From: Bergeyella sp.
GTDB taxonomy: Bacteria; Bacteroidota; Bacteroidia; Flavobacteriales; Weeksellaceae
Assembly (NCBI GenBank): GCA_032083825.1
Contig: DAMDNI010000015.1
Coordinates: 1 to 24,376 of the forward strand
DNA length: 24,376 nucleotides
Direction: 5' to 3'
The notes beneath the pieces were generated by a model. That model saw only the letters and a list, made by a program, of their open reading frames with translations. It was not told where the DNA came from and searched no databases. Each line of letters starts with the position of its first letter. The stretch's first letter is position 1. The translations under genes and the position numbers were made by a program. Positions 8,499-17,148 of this stretch are shown here, piece by piece.

Positions 8499-10241
8499 TT
8501 ATTTTTTCACGATTTTAGCGTTAACGGACTTAGTTTTAGTTTGGGCGGTAACAATGTAGATCCCCTGTGGAAGTGAGCCCGTATTGATCCTTGTCACCTG
8601 TTGTTTGGTTTTAAGGGACTGCACCTGTCTTCCGCTCATGTCATGAAGGAAGATCTCAGCTTCTTCGTTTCTATTGTCTTCATTCCATACTGAACTTCCG
8701 ATTTCCACATATGCATAATCCTCCACAGGATTAGGATAAATTCTGATATCTTGTTTTTCAATTAATTGGTCAAGGTCTTTATCACCAAGCTTGACGATCT
8801 TCCAATTCTCTTCTCCCAACTGTTCTGCACTTGTTCCTGCAAGAAGAAAAGTTCCATCGTTTTGTAGCTTTGCACTTACCAATCGTTCTTCCTTTTTCTT
8901 TGATGTTCCTTCCACATATTTTCGCCATTCTTCTTTTCCGTTTGGATCTATATACAGCATCCAGAATTTTTCATCATCCTTCTTCAATTTTTCTTCTGCC
9001 TGTGTGTAGCCGCCTAAAAGAAAACCTTTGTCTTCGCTCTGATTGTCTTTTCCTGTCTTCCTGATTACATTCATACTCATCAGAACATCCCGGTTTCCAA
9101 AACTGTAGCTTTTCTGCCACCATTCATCCCCTGCATTGTCCAGTAAAATCAGCCAAAGGTCTGTGCCTTCCTTAATACTTTCTCTTTTATTTCCCGAAGA
9201 GCTGCTTCTGCTTTCCCCTCCAATCAAATAACCGTTATCGGTATAAGCTATGATTTTCGGACGGTCGTCACCTTTTCCTCCGTAAGTTTTCTGCCATTCT
9301 ACATTTGCATTCTTATCCAGTTTTACAATCCAGTAATCTCCTTCTCCGAAGCTTTCTTCTGTTTTGCCGATAAGCTCAGCCTGTGATTCAGAATCTGATA
9401 TTAATGAAGATAATAAATCAGTAGCATCATTTTCTTTTGTTGTGGATGTATAGGATGAATTAGACTGTTCTGAAGTATTTACAATTTTGGTATTGAGATC
9501 TGATTCTAAAGGAAATATCTTATTTTCTGTTTTTCCAGAATTGGAATAGATCAGAAGCAAACTTCCTCCATCAGGAGTAGCAATCATTTCCTGAACTTCA
9601 TCCAGGGCATTTCCTCCGAGAATAGTGGTGTTGATCAGCTTTCCTTCTTTATCAACCTTTGAAACGAATACATCCTTTGATCCAAATAGATTTTTATTGG
9701 AATTGATATTACCTGCGACAAAGAACCCCTGATCTACCGTCTGAACTACTGACGAAACTTCATCGTTGCTTTTTGTTCCAAGTGTTTTTTGCCATAATTC
9801 ATCACCGTTTTCATTAAGCCTTACGATCCATACATCAGAACCTCCGAGGTTGTTTTCTTTCTTATCTCCGGATTGGTTGGAGAATGAAGTCCCTGCCAAT
9901 AAAAATCCTCCTTCCTGCGTAGGAACGGAAGACATGAGGTAATCATGCCTTGAGCCTCCAAAGTATTTATCCCAGAGGATGCTTCCATCCTGGGATAATT
10001 TTACAACATGATAATCATATCCGGAATTTGTGTTATTAGTTGTCGGATGAGAATTGAGGGTTTTGCTCTGTATGGAGCTTCCTGAAAGGAGTATTTGCCG
10101 GTCTAAAGTGAGGGACATCGTGGAGAGAAAATCCTGGGTGGAGGATTTTAGGTCTTTCTGCCATCGGACATCCTGAGCCGAAGTATTGAGCATTCCAAAG
10201 AGAAAGAAGACTCCAAGGGAAAGATGTTTCATATAGTGCAA
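8499..10241 (-). CDS. T9SS (Por) C-terminal sorting domain protein with tandem beta-propeller-type repeats
   Basis: Signal peptide. At least 6 repeats of ..GGS..D..SS..QT.DGG..LAG.S.S..SGDK.E...GGSDVWIVRL...G..LWQKT.GG. C-terminal ~80 aa match the T9SS type-A sorting domain (IRIYPNPVEDYAYVEI...EIFLHDMSGRQV...LPQGIYIVTAQTKTKSVNAKIVKK). 4-nt gap to the next gene. Confidence 0.75.
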   Translation of the reverse strand: MHYMKHLSLGVFFLFGMLNTSAQDVRWQKDLKSSTQDFLSTMSLTLDRQILLSGSSIQSKTLNSHPTTNNTNSGYDYHVVKLSQDGSILWDKYFGGSRHDYLMSSVPTQEGGFLLAGTSFSNQSGDKKENNLGGSDVWIVRLNENGDELWQKTLGTKSNDEVSSVVQTVDQGFFVAGNINSNKNLFGSKDVFVSKVDKEGKLINTTILGGNALDEVQEMIATPDGGSLLLIYSNSGKTENKIFPLESDLNTKIVNTSEQSNSSYTSTTKENDATDLLSSLISDSESQAELIGKTEESFGEGDYWIVKLDKNANVEWQKTYGGKGDDRPKIIAYTDNGYLIGGESRSSSSGNKRESIKEGTDLWLILLDNAGDEWWQKSYSFGNRDVLMSMNVIRKTGKDNQSEDKGFLLGGYTQAEEKLKKDDEKFWMLYIDPNGKEEWRKYVEGTSKKKEERLVSAKLQNDGTFLLAGTSAEQLGEENWKIVKLGDKDLDQLIEKQDIRIYPNPVEDYAYVEIGSSVWNEDNRNEEAEIFLHDMSGRQVQSLKTKQQVTRINTGSLPQGIYIVTAQTKTKSVNAKIVKK

Positions 10242-10417
10242 GTTTTTACCTTTTGAAGGTAGCAGTTTCCCATGATCTTCAAAAGGGTGAAAACACCCAT
10301 TTTTAAGTGACTTTTGTCAACTATTTTTTAAACAGCTTATCATATACTATCTTAAAAACCTGTAAATGAGTACAATATATATTAAACGTAGTTTTTAAGA
10401 AGGATTTTATTTTTGAT

Positions 10418-10459
10418 CATTTTTTATGAAAAACCGGACATTTTTTATGAAAAACCGGA
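10418..10459. repeat. perfect 21-bp tandem duplication cattttttatgaaaaaccgga x2
   Basis: Directly visible at 10418-10438 and 10439-10459, ~180-220 nt upstream of the cargo operon start (10241) in an AT-rich promoter region. Confidence 0.8.
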
Positions 10460-10730
10460 AGAAAAAAAGAAATTCGCTCATTATATCACTATAATGAATG
10501 AATTTTGTTCACTAAAATAACAAGCAAAATGAAATAAATGGATAAGTGATGATTAAGAATAGTAGTATAAAACATTATAATATTTCCTGTAGGGTATCAT
10601 AATTTGTTCTTTTTAGAGGATATCTCTTAATAAAAGCATTACAAAATATCTTAATTTTAGTTACTTTTAAGCATCGAAAGTGAAAAAGAGTAATTTAAAT
10701 TTGAATTATATGAATCAGGAAGTTCAAAGG

Positions 10731-11969
10731 TTATCTTCTTATTTTTTTATGATTATGCTCTTCATTTCTTGAATTACTAATCCTCAAACTATCCTTATAT
10801 TTCTCTTCCAGCCATTTTTGACTTTGTATGTTTTCAATTTTCAAAATTTTGCTTTTCTCCATTTTATCATATTCAATACTCAGTTTAAGACTTTCAACTC
10901 TGAAGCTTTTAAAGTGTTGTGAAGAATAAATTTCTCCGCTGATATGGATTTCTTGCTTTTCAAGGAATGTTTTGATAAGTTCCGGTGGTAATCCCATCTT
11001 TTCACATTCCGTAACAATAGGAAGAGAATCCTTTATTTCAGGGTGATATTGTAATACTTTGTCAAAAACCTTATTCTGCTTTTCTAATGTATTTTCAAGT
11101 TTTGAAACTGAATCCTGCATCTTTCCTTTTTCTCTGTCATTATCAATCCTAAGAATGTTCATTTCTTTTTTCATTTGTTCATTTTCCTTTTCCAATTTCT
11201 TAGTTTTAGAACCCGTTATAGCATTCGCAAAATTTTCAACAATTCTTTTCGAGGATATATTTTTCTCAATGGCTTTCAATTCAGATTGCTTCTGATTCTT
11301 TTCCTTTTCCAACTGTTGATTTTGTTCATGGAGGTTTCGGTAATATTCAGATGTGGAAATATGTTTGGCTTCCGAACCCTCTATCCCTCTTCTTAATCCG
11401 TATTTTGCCATTGTTACAGCATAGGTATTTTGATAATGCTTCAGCTTATTTCTTGCCATTATATCATCAGCACACAACCTATTAGCATTTAAATTCTTCT
11501 TTTTATAAGTCTGAGGATTATTGTCTTTTTTTGCTTTTCTTCTTTCTCCTGTGACTATTGGAACTATGGTAGCGTGGATATGGGGCGTTTTTTCATCCAT
11601 ATGAAGAACAGCAGAAACCAAATTCTCTTCTCCAAAAGTTTCTTTCAGCCAATGAAGATTATCTTTACACCAGTTGCTCAATTGTTTATTGTTCTCAATT
11701 TCTTTCATCGTTTCATGAGTTCCGGACAACATAATACGAATGGCTCTCACTTGATTGGTTCCAATTTTTCTTTTCAGATTGGCGTTATCTAACCTGCATT
11801 GTATTGACGAAGTCCTGTTTTTGATTCCTTCAGGATAGGCAATCATTTCTTTATTGAGATGAGTTCGTGAAGCATCTGCATTTTTCGGATGGATGGTTCT
11901 TTCAATATGGGCTGACATTCCGGAGTCATTGCCTTTGGCTTTTTCTAAATGTAAAACGGTGTATGACAT
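10731..11969 (-). CDS. mobilization relaxase, MobV/Pre (Mob_Pre, plasmid recombination enzyme) family
   Basis: N-terminal domain has the LHMDEKTPHIHATIVP His-hydrophobic-His motif and MSYTVLHLEKAK start typical of MobV/Pre relaxases. Long coiled-coil C-terminal half. Confidence 0.8.
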   Translation of the reverse strand: MSYTVLHLEKAKGNDSGMSAHIERTIHPKNADASRTHLNKEMIAYPEGIKNRTSSIQCRLDNANLKRKIGTNQVRAIRIMLSGTHETMKEIENNKQLSNWCKDNLHWLKETFGEENLVSAVLHMDEKTPHIHATIVPIVTGERRKAKKDNNPQTYKKKNLNANRLCADDIMARNKLKHYQNTYAVTMAKYGLRRGIEGSEAKHISTSEYYRNLHEQNQQLEKEKNQKQSELKAIEKNISSKRIVENFANAITGSKTKKLEKENEQMKKEMNILRIDNDREKGKMQDSVSKLENTLEKQNKVFDKVLQYHPEIKDSLPIVTECEKMGLPPELIKTFLEKQEIHISGEIYSSQHFKSFRVESLKLSIEYDKMEKSKILKIENIQSQKWLEEKYKDSLRISNSRNEEHNHKKIRR

Positions 11970-12029
11970 ACTTCTTAAATTTAGTTGTTAAATAATTCGG
12001 GGGTTTCCAAAGGGGGAGCATTCCCCTTG

Positions 12030-12088
12030 GCTTATTGGGGCTTTTTTAGTGAAGTGCAACGGAGCGTTAAGAAAAAGCCCTAATAAGC
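12030..12088. promoter_or_regulatory. candidate oriT: 17-bp inverted repeat with 25-nt loop, immediately upstream of the relaxase gene
   Basis: gcttattggggcttttt (12030-12046) pairs with aaaaagccctaataagc (12072-12088) with 1 mismatch. Adjacent imperfect IR ccaaagggggagcattccccttgg (12007-12030). MobV-family oriTs typically sit upstream of mob. Confidence 0.35.
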
Positions 12089-12124
12089 TATGGCTTTTCT
12101 TTTCAAAAGCCTGCCATGCAGCCG

Positions 12125-13082
12125 TCACCTTTTTCTTCTGTAGGTATTTGTCTGTTCAGGATTTCTGCTCTCGTCAACATTGCTGCCTAAACTATTCTTC
12201 AAATCACTTTTGCTTTTGAGATAATCGTTCAGGTCTTTATGGTCGGAATAGGTTACTGAAAAATCTTTTGCTTCCGGAAATTCTTCCATTAATTTTGAAG
12301 TGGCTTTTTTTCCGGCTGGATCATTGTCAAGTAGCAAACTTGGTCTTAGCTTGTTTTCTTTTATCCATTCGACAGCTTTATTGAGATTGGAAAGGGAATT
12401 CAGGATAACACAATCTACTTTAAACTCTTTTTCATTCTTTAAAGTAAGATGGGACAGGAAATCAAACATACCTTCGTAAACCATGCAGATTCTACTTTCC
12501 TGATTGGAGCCACTTCCCTCAACCACAGAAATATCCTGCGAAGTACAACCTTTGAAAAATTCGGAACGAAGATGATAGCCTCCATTGTTACTGAGCCGGC
12601 CCAAAGCAGTGTATTTCCTGTCACCGATGGAATAATGAATCTCCTGCAGATATTTCCCCGCAGTATCAATATTGATTTTACGCTCCTGTAAATAGTGCAA
12701 CAATTTTGAATCCTGAAGAGATTGTATTGTATCAATATTGACATTGGATTGTCTTGTGGTCATTTGATTTCCTATTTTCTCTTTCTCGTTATTGAAGATA
12801 GAATCTGTTTTCAGATTTAAGTCATTCAAGAAAGAAAGAAAGTGCTTCGGAAATGTTTCTTGCTTTTTGCATGGCAATAACTAGGTCAATAATGGTTCCA
12901 CCTTGAGCAGAGCCATGGTCGTACCATAGATTCAGTTTGTCATCAACTTTCATCGATGCCGTTCTTTCCGTTCTCAAGGGAGAGAGGTAAAAATGGTTGT
13001 ATCGAACAATTCTTTGCGGTTGATACCCTAAAGCACTTAGAAAATCGATAATCCTGATATTTTTTGCTGTCTTTGTATTCAT
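12125..13082 (-). pseudogene. toprim-domain DNA primase (Bacteroidota mobile-element type), interrupted by a frameshift inside an (AAAG)3-4 tract
   Basis: N-terminal ORF (13082->12822) gives the characteristic ..IIDFLSALGYQPQR..YLSPLRTERTASMKVDDKLNLWYDHGSAQGGTIIDLV..EALSFFLE then stops. The toprim body continues in another frame (..FLSFLNDLNLK.. to 12125). The frame change falls in aagaaagaaagaaag at 12829-12843. Confidence 0.65.
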
Positions 13083-13172
13083 TTATTTTGGATTTATTGT
13101 GTATTCTTTTTCTTTCAACAGCAATTTTGCTATTGAAAGAAAAATCAGTATTGGGTTATGGGGGTTCGATGA

Positions 13173-13220
13173 CTGGTTTAGTCTGGTTTACTAATATATA
13201 TTAGTAAACCAGACTAAACC
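13173..13220. repeat. 48-bp perfect palindrome tggtttagtctggtttacta-atatatat-tagtaaaccagactaaacca
   Basis: Exact reverse-complement symmetry verified base by base. Lies in the 163-nt spacer between the primase and ATPase genes. Preceded by a second IR ctttcaacagcaa/ttgctattgaaag (13116-13143). Confidence 0.8.
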
Positions 13221-13245
13221 AATAGACCATTGAATGATTTTGGAC

Positions 13246-14283
13246 TCAGTAGTAAAAGTTATGGTTGAATTTGTAAAATCTCCCTTCTTTAAAAATCATC
13301 GTTTTGTTTTGACAAAAGACCTTCAGTTTTTTAGCCTTATTGGTTCCAAAATCATATCCGAAATGAGTATAGGATTCTATGAGCTTTGAAATCAATTCTC
13401 CATAGGAAAGTGATTTTTGGTTTCTGAAAGCAAGCGATAGTGCTTCCCGATGAATTTGTTCCGAGATTTCGTGATAATCAAATCCCTTGGCTTGACCTGT
13501 CTGTATATGATAATCATCCACAGGCTCAGGCAGACCATCGTCATCAATCCTGAAAGCAAAAGGCTCAAACTCAACATCACGAATGCTCATCGGTTTTACA
13601 ATAGAGATATTCGGGTCTTTTTCATCCCTTACCACTTGTAGTATAGTTTCGGCTTTATTCAGCAGTTCAGTTCCCAAATGTCCCCGTGCATTATCATCCG
13701 TTTTATTGACATGTAAAACCGTGTGAATATGCAACTGATAGACTTCTGTCCAGATCATCAGTTTAGAAATAATCTCGGTAGATTCATTCGGGGAATTGAT
13801 ATCGAATACCAAATCTCTGATACCGTCAATAATAACCAATCCCAATGAAGTGGTGCTTTTGATTGCTTCTTCTATAATCTGAATACGGGTTGAAGGATTG
13901 AATCTTCTCAAACAAACAAATTCCAAATTTTTGGGTTGAAATTCCTTGCTCATTCCCGAAAGTTCAATTATCCTTGACAATACTTTCTGACTGTGATACG
14001 GACTTTGTTCGGTATCGAAGTAAATGATTTTCCTCTTATCATCCGGCATTGCTGCATTGTAATTGAGCATTAATCGACAGACTAGAGCAGCTGCGGTCAT
14101 CGCTGTAACACTAAAGGTCTTTCTGCTTTTGGCTTTTCCAACGGTAGCCGAAAAATTTCCAAGTGTTCCTACAACAGATTCATCAATACGGATGACCACA
14201 GGCGGATATTCAAATTTATCGGTAATCAAAAGCCTTGAGGAATGCCATAGACTCTTTATGTCTTTGTTGCTATCCATCATCAT
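13246..14283 (-). CDS. P-loop/RecA-like ATPase of the mobile-element replication module (helicase/primase-associated)
   Basis: Deviant Walker A TVGKAKSRKT and Walker B-like LGLVIIDGIRDL. Start ATG overlaps the stop of the upstream HTH gene (ATGA). Conserved position between excisionase-like and primase genes as in Bacteroidota CTn/IME backbones. Confidence 0.55.
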   Translation of the reverse strand: MMMDSNKDIKSLWHSSRLLITDKFEYPPVVIRIDESVVGTLGNFSATVGKAKSRKTFSVTAMTAAALVCRLMLNYNAAMPDDKRKIIYFDTEQSPYHSQKVLSRIIELSGMSKEFQPKNLEFVCLRRFNPSTRIQIIEEAIKSTTSLGLVIIDGIRDLVFDINSPNESTEIISKLMIWTEVYQLHIHTVLHVNKTDDNARGHLGTELLNKAETILQVVRDEKDPNISIVKPMSIRDVEFEPFAFRIDDDGLPEPVDDYHIQTGQAKGFDYHEISEQIHREALSLAFRNQKSLSYGELISKLIESYTHFGYDFGTNKAKKLKVFCQNKTMIFKEGRFYKFNHNFYY

Positions 14284-14582
14284 TTTCTTCCTCCTGCTTT
14301 ACGTCCTGCCAATTCTAATGCAAGGTTTACATCCACAATTATTTTACGTCCTATCTGTGTGATGGCTTTATCTATTTTTCCACTCTGCTTGATACGGTTG
14401 GCTGTGGGAATGCTGCAACCGAAAAGGCGTGCGATTCCGGCGATTCCGTAAACGTGTTTTTTTATGGAATTATTGAGGGGAACAGACTCAGCTTCTTTAT
14501 GCACATCGGTCTTCTGAAGATAGAGAAATTCTTCACCTGTCATCTGCCAAAGAGGCTTTTGCTTAAGTTCGGTTAGGTTCAT
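14280..14582 (-). CDS. excisionase-like HTH DNA-binding protein (Bacteroidota mobile-element family)
   Basis: KHVYGIAGIARLFGCSIPTANRIKQSGKIDKAITQIGRKIIVDVNLALEL is the HTH_17/MerR-like excisionase motif seen next to CTnDOT-type integrases. Confidence 0.65.
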   Translation of the reverse strand: MNLTELKQKPLWQMTGEEFLYLQKTDVHKEAESVPLNNSIKKHVYGIAGIARLFGCSIPTANRIKQSGKIDKAITQIGRKIIVDVNLALELAGRKAGGRK

Positions 14583-14697
14583 ATTCTTTTACAATGTTAT
14601 GGTTAAACAAGCCTTGTACTTCGGCGTTATTGTTCGAACACATTGCAAATCTATGACGGGAAAAAGGTGGTAAGGAGGTGGATTCCTGAAATTTATA

Positions 14698-14714
14698 TCA
14701 TTGATAATCAATGA
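14698..14714. promoter_or_regulatory. 7-bp inverted repeat tcattga-taa-tcaatga; candidate operator upstream of the xis-ATPase-primase genes
   Basis: Perfect IR ~115 nt upstream of the HTH gene start (14582), in a non-coding gap. Confidence 0.3.
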
Positions 14715-14759
14715 CTATTAAAAATATTTTAAGTGGTAAAAGTGGTTGCTTATGGAATA

Positions 14760-15803
14760 TCAAGAAATAGTATTGAATATTGACTCAATAACGCCTTTAA
14801 ATTCTTTATTTTTCTTATTGCCTTCTTCAGAACTTACGGATACCATTTTATATTTAGAATTGTAAGTGTCCCATTTAATTCCTAATTGATTGAGTAGAAC
14901 AGTTCTCCATTCTTTATTTTCATCAGATTGAAGAACATCATAAAGTTTTGAAATTAAATGATAAGTCCGCTCTTTTTCACCATAATTAATTTTCAGCTTA
15001 GCAATCGTTGGTCGCAAATTGAGAATGTTATAAAAATCTACAACACCCAAATTCTCGAATTGTATTCCATTACATTCTTTATGAATGGATGATATTAATT
15101 GCATATCAAAATACTCTCCCTGTTTTTGTTCGGAATTTTCCTCGGAAGTTGGTCTTATTTCATCAAAAAAATAATTATTTAAAACCAATAGAAAAGAACT
15201 TTCCATTTCGCAAATCTTTCCAAAAACATTATCGGCAAACTTTAGGGATTCTTGACGCAATTTTTCTTTTTCCTGATAAAGTGCATCAAGTTTTTGTTGT
15301 TCGATCTTATACAAGTTGGAAAATTTGTTTATTTTTTCTTCAAGCTCTCTAACTCTAACTTCATCACCTTTCCAACTTGCCGATTCCAAAGAATTTTTTG
15401 CATCCCTTAATTCTATATACTGATTATTGGTATGTTTTTCTTGGATTTTTATTTTGGAGTCAATGGAATTGGCTCTATCCCAGCAAATTTCAAATGTATC
15501 TATATCATCTAAAGAATTTCTATGGTCATTATACTTTTCGATATTCTTTTTTATCACTTTCCGCAATATCGAAAAAACCTGTACTTGTTTTTCCTTGTCT
15601 TTGGAAGTGATGAAATTTAAAACTGCTTTTTCAAAATTTTCAAGATTTCTGAATTGATTAAAAAAAGTAACAATTTGTTGTTGTTCCTCAAAATGCAATA
15701 TTTTGTCTTTCAGTATGTTTTGATATATTTCGTCTAATTTCGTGTATTTCGGCAATATATCCATAATTTGATATAGAGAACCTTGGGTTTTATTTTCTTC
15801 CAT
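14760..15803 (-). CDS. hypothetical 347-aa coiled-coil-rich protein (element accessory/cargo gene, unknown function)
   Basis: Long uninterrupted ORF with Lys/Glu-rich predicted coiled-coil segments, in the same orientation as int and xis. No motifs I recognise. Confidence 0.6.
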   Translation of the reverse strand: MEENKTQGSLYQIMDILPKYTKLDEIYQNILKDKILHFEEQQQIVTFFNQFRNLENFEKAVLNFITSKDKEKQVQVFSILRKVIKKNIEKYNDHRNSLDDIDTFEICWDRANSIDSKIKIQEKHTNNQYIELRDAKNSLESASWKGDEVRVRELEEKINKFSNLYKIEQQKLDALYQEKEKLRQESLKFADNVFGKICEMESSFLLVLNNYFFDEIRPTSEENSEQKQGEYFDMQLISSIHKECNGIQFENLGVVDFYNILNLRPTIAKLKINYGEKERTYHLISKLYDVLQSDENKEWRTVLLNQLGIKWDTYNSKYKMVSVSSEEGNKKNKEFKGVIESIFNTIS

Positions 15804-15811
15804 TTGTCAAA

Positions 15812-17101
15812 TTATAATTGATTAAATTTATCCATTGCACTGGCTTTGATTTCGTCAGCAATATCAATATAGGGTTTCATTGCCTTATAATCACTGTGTC
15901 CCGTCCATTTCATGACAACCTGCGCAGGAATACCCAATGAAAGGGCATTACAAATAAATGTCCGCCTTCCTGCATGAGTTCCCAAAAGAGCATACTTTGG
16001 TGTCACTTCATCGATTCGCTTATTTCCTTTATAGTAGACCTCCCGTACAGGCTCGTCAATTTCCGCCAATTCCGCCAGTTCTTTCAAATAATCGTTCATC
16101 TTCTGATTGGTGATGACCGGAAGAACTTTATCATACTCAAAATGAACTTCTTTATACTTGCCCAGTATTGCTTTGCTGTGGTTGTTTAACTCGATAATTA
16201 AACTGTCCGCAGTTTTTACAGTGGTAATTTCGATATGGTTGTCTTTTACATCACTGCGCCTCAAATTGAATACATCTGAATATCTAAGCCCTGTAAAACA
16301 CTGGAACAAAAAAACATCACGAACTCTCTCCAAGTATTTTTTTGTTTCCGGAATTTTGTATTCTCTCAATTTCGTCAATTCTGCCCAGGTCAAAAATATA
16401 ACCTTCTTTTGAGTGGTCTTTAATTTTGGTTTAAATAATTCAAAGGCAAAATTGGAGGTGTATCCTTTCTTTTTACTCCAGCGAAGAAACCATTTTAGAA
16501 ATCCTATCTGCTTACCGATGGTACTATTTCGAAAGCTCTTCTTGTCACGGAGATAGTTTACAAATTCAGTGAGTTTGTTCTCGTCCCATGATTCGAAAGT
16601 CAAATTTTTATCAAAATCTTCCAAATGCTTTTTCGTGGTGGCAAATTTTTCATAGGTTGCTTCTGTCCAATTGTTATGAACTCCGCAGTCTCGTACAAAT
16701 TCATCAAATTTACCCATGAACGAAAGTATTGAGGATTCTAATTCAAGACTATTAGGCAAATCCTTATTTTGCCGATTATTGAATGCTGCTTTAAGTTGTT
16801 CAGGAGTAGGAATGATTTCGTTTACTTCACATTCTTTGAAAATATCCTGTATATCCGAATAATATTTTAAAAGATCTGAATTGATTTCGGCTGCGGTCTG
16901 CTTAAGTTTATTGGTACAGCCATTTTTTACACGCTGCTTGTCTTTATCCCATTTGGAAAAATCGATACGGTAGCCTGTGGTAAATTCTATCCTTTTATTA
17001 TGGTAAATAACACGCATACGGATAGGTACATTTTCAATCACAGGAAGACCGTCTTTCTTTCTTTTTTCAAGCGCAAAAACTATATTTCGTTTGATATTCA
17101 C
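15812..17101 (-). CDS. tyrosine site-specific integrase (CTnDOT/NBU-like, with N-terminal arm-binding domain)
   Basis: N-terminus RNIVFALEKRKKDGLPVIENVPIRMRVIYHNKRIEFTTGYRIDFSKWD is typical of Bacteroidota integrases. C-terminal catalytic motifs are present (..LTWAEL.., HAGRRTF, HSDYKAMKPYIDI with Tyr). Likely GTG start at 17101. The longest ORF reaches 17158 via TTG. Confidence 0.85.
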   Translation of the reverse strand: MNIKRNIVFALEKRKKDGLPVIENVPIRMRVIYHNKRIEFTTGYRIDFSKWDKDKQRVKNGCTNKLKQTAAEINSDLLKYYSDIQDIFKECEVNEIIPTPEQLKAAFNNRQNKDLPNSLELESSILSFMGKFDEFVRDCGVHNNWTEATYEKFATTKKHLEDFDKNLTFESWDENKLTEFVNYLRDKKSFRNSTIGKQIGFLKWFLRWSKKKGYTSNFAFELFKPKLKTTQKKVIFLTWAELTKLREYKIPETKKYLERVRDVFLFQCFTGLRYSDVFNLRRSDVKDNHIEITTVKTADSLIIELNNHSKAILGKYKEVHFEYDKVLPVITNQKMNDYLKELAELAEIDEPVREVYYKGNKRIDEVTPKYALLGTHAGRRTFICNALSLGIPAQVVMKWTGHSDYKAMKPYIDIADEIKASAMDKFNQL

Positions 17102-17120
17102 GGGTGTATAACATATTAAT

Positions 17121-17148
17121 CGACACCCAAATTTACACCCAATTATTG
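17121..17148. repeat. right copy of 'acacccaa' direct-repeat pair (candidate att/arm site)
   Basis: gacacccaaatttacacccaattattg just upstream of the integrase start. See 396-423. An inverted gggtgt is also present at 17103-17108. Confidence 0.4.

Noticed and set aside
10418-10459. CRISPR array
   Set aside because: Only two identical 21-bp units with no spacers. No cas genes. No other repeat-spacer structure found anywhere in the window.
8791-16412. Assorted antisense or internal ORFs (8791-9064, 11059-11396, 11574-11792, 12439-12744, 12449-12691, 13392-13641, 14063-14362, 15089-15657, 15974-16412)
   Set aside because: All lie within stronger ORFs on the other strand or in overlapping frames and show no domain-like sequence.
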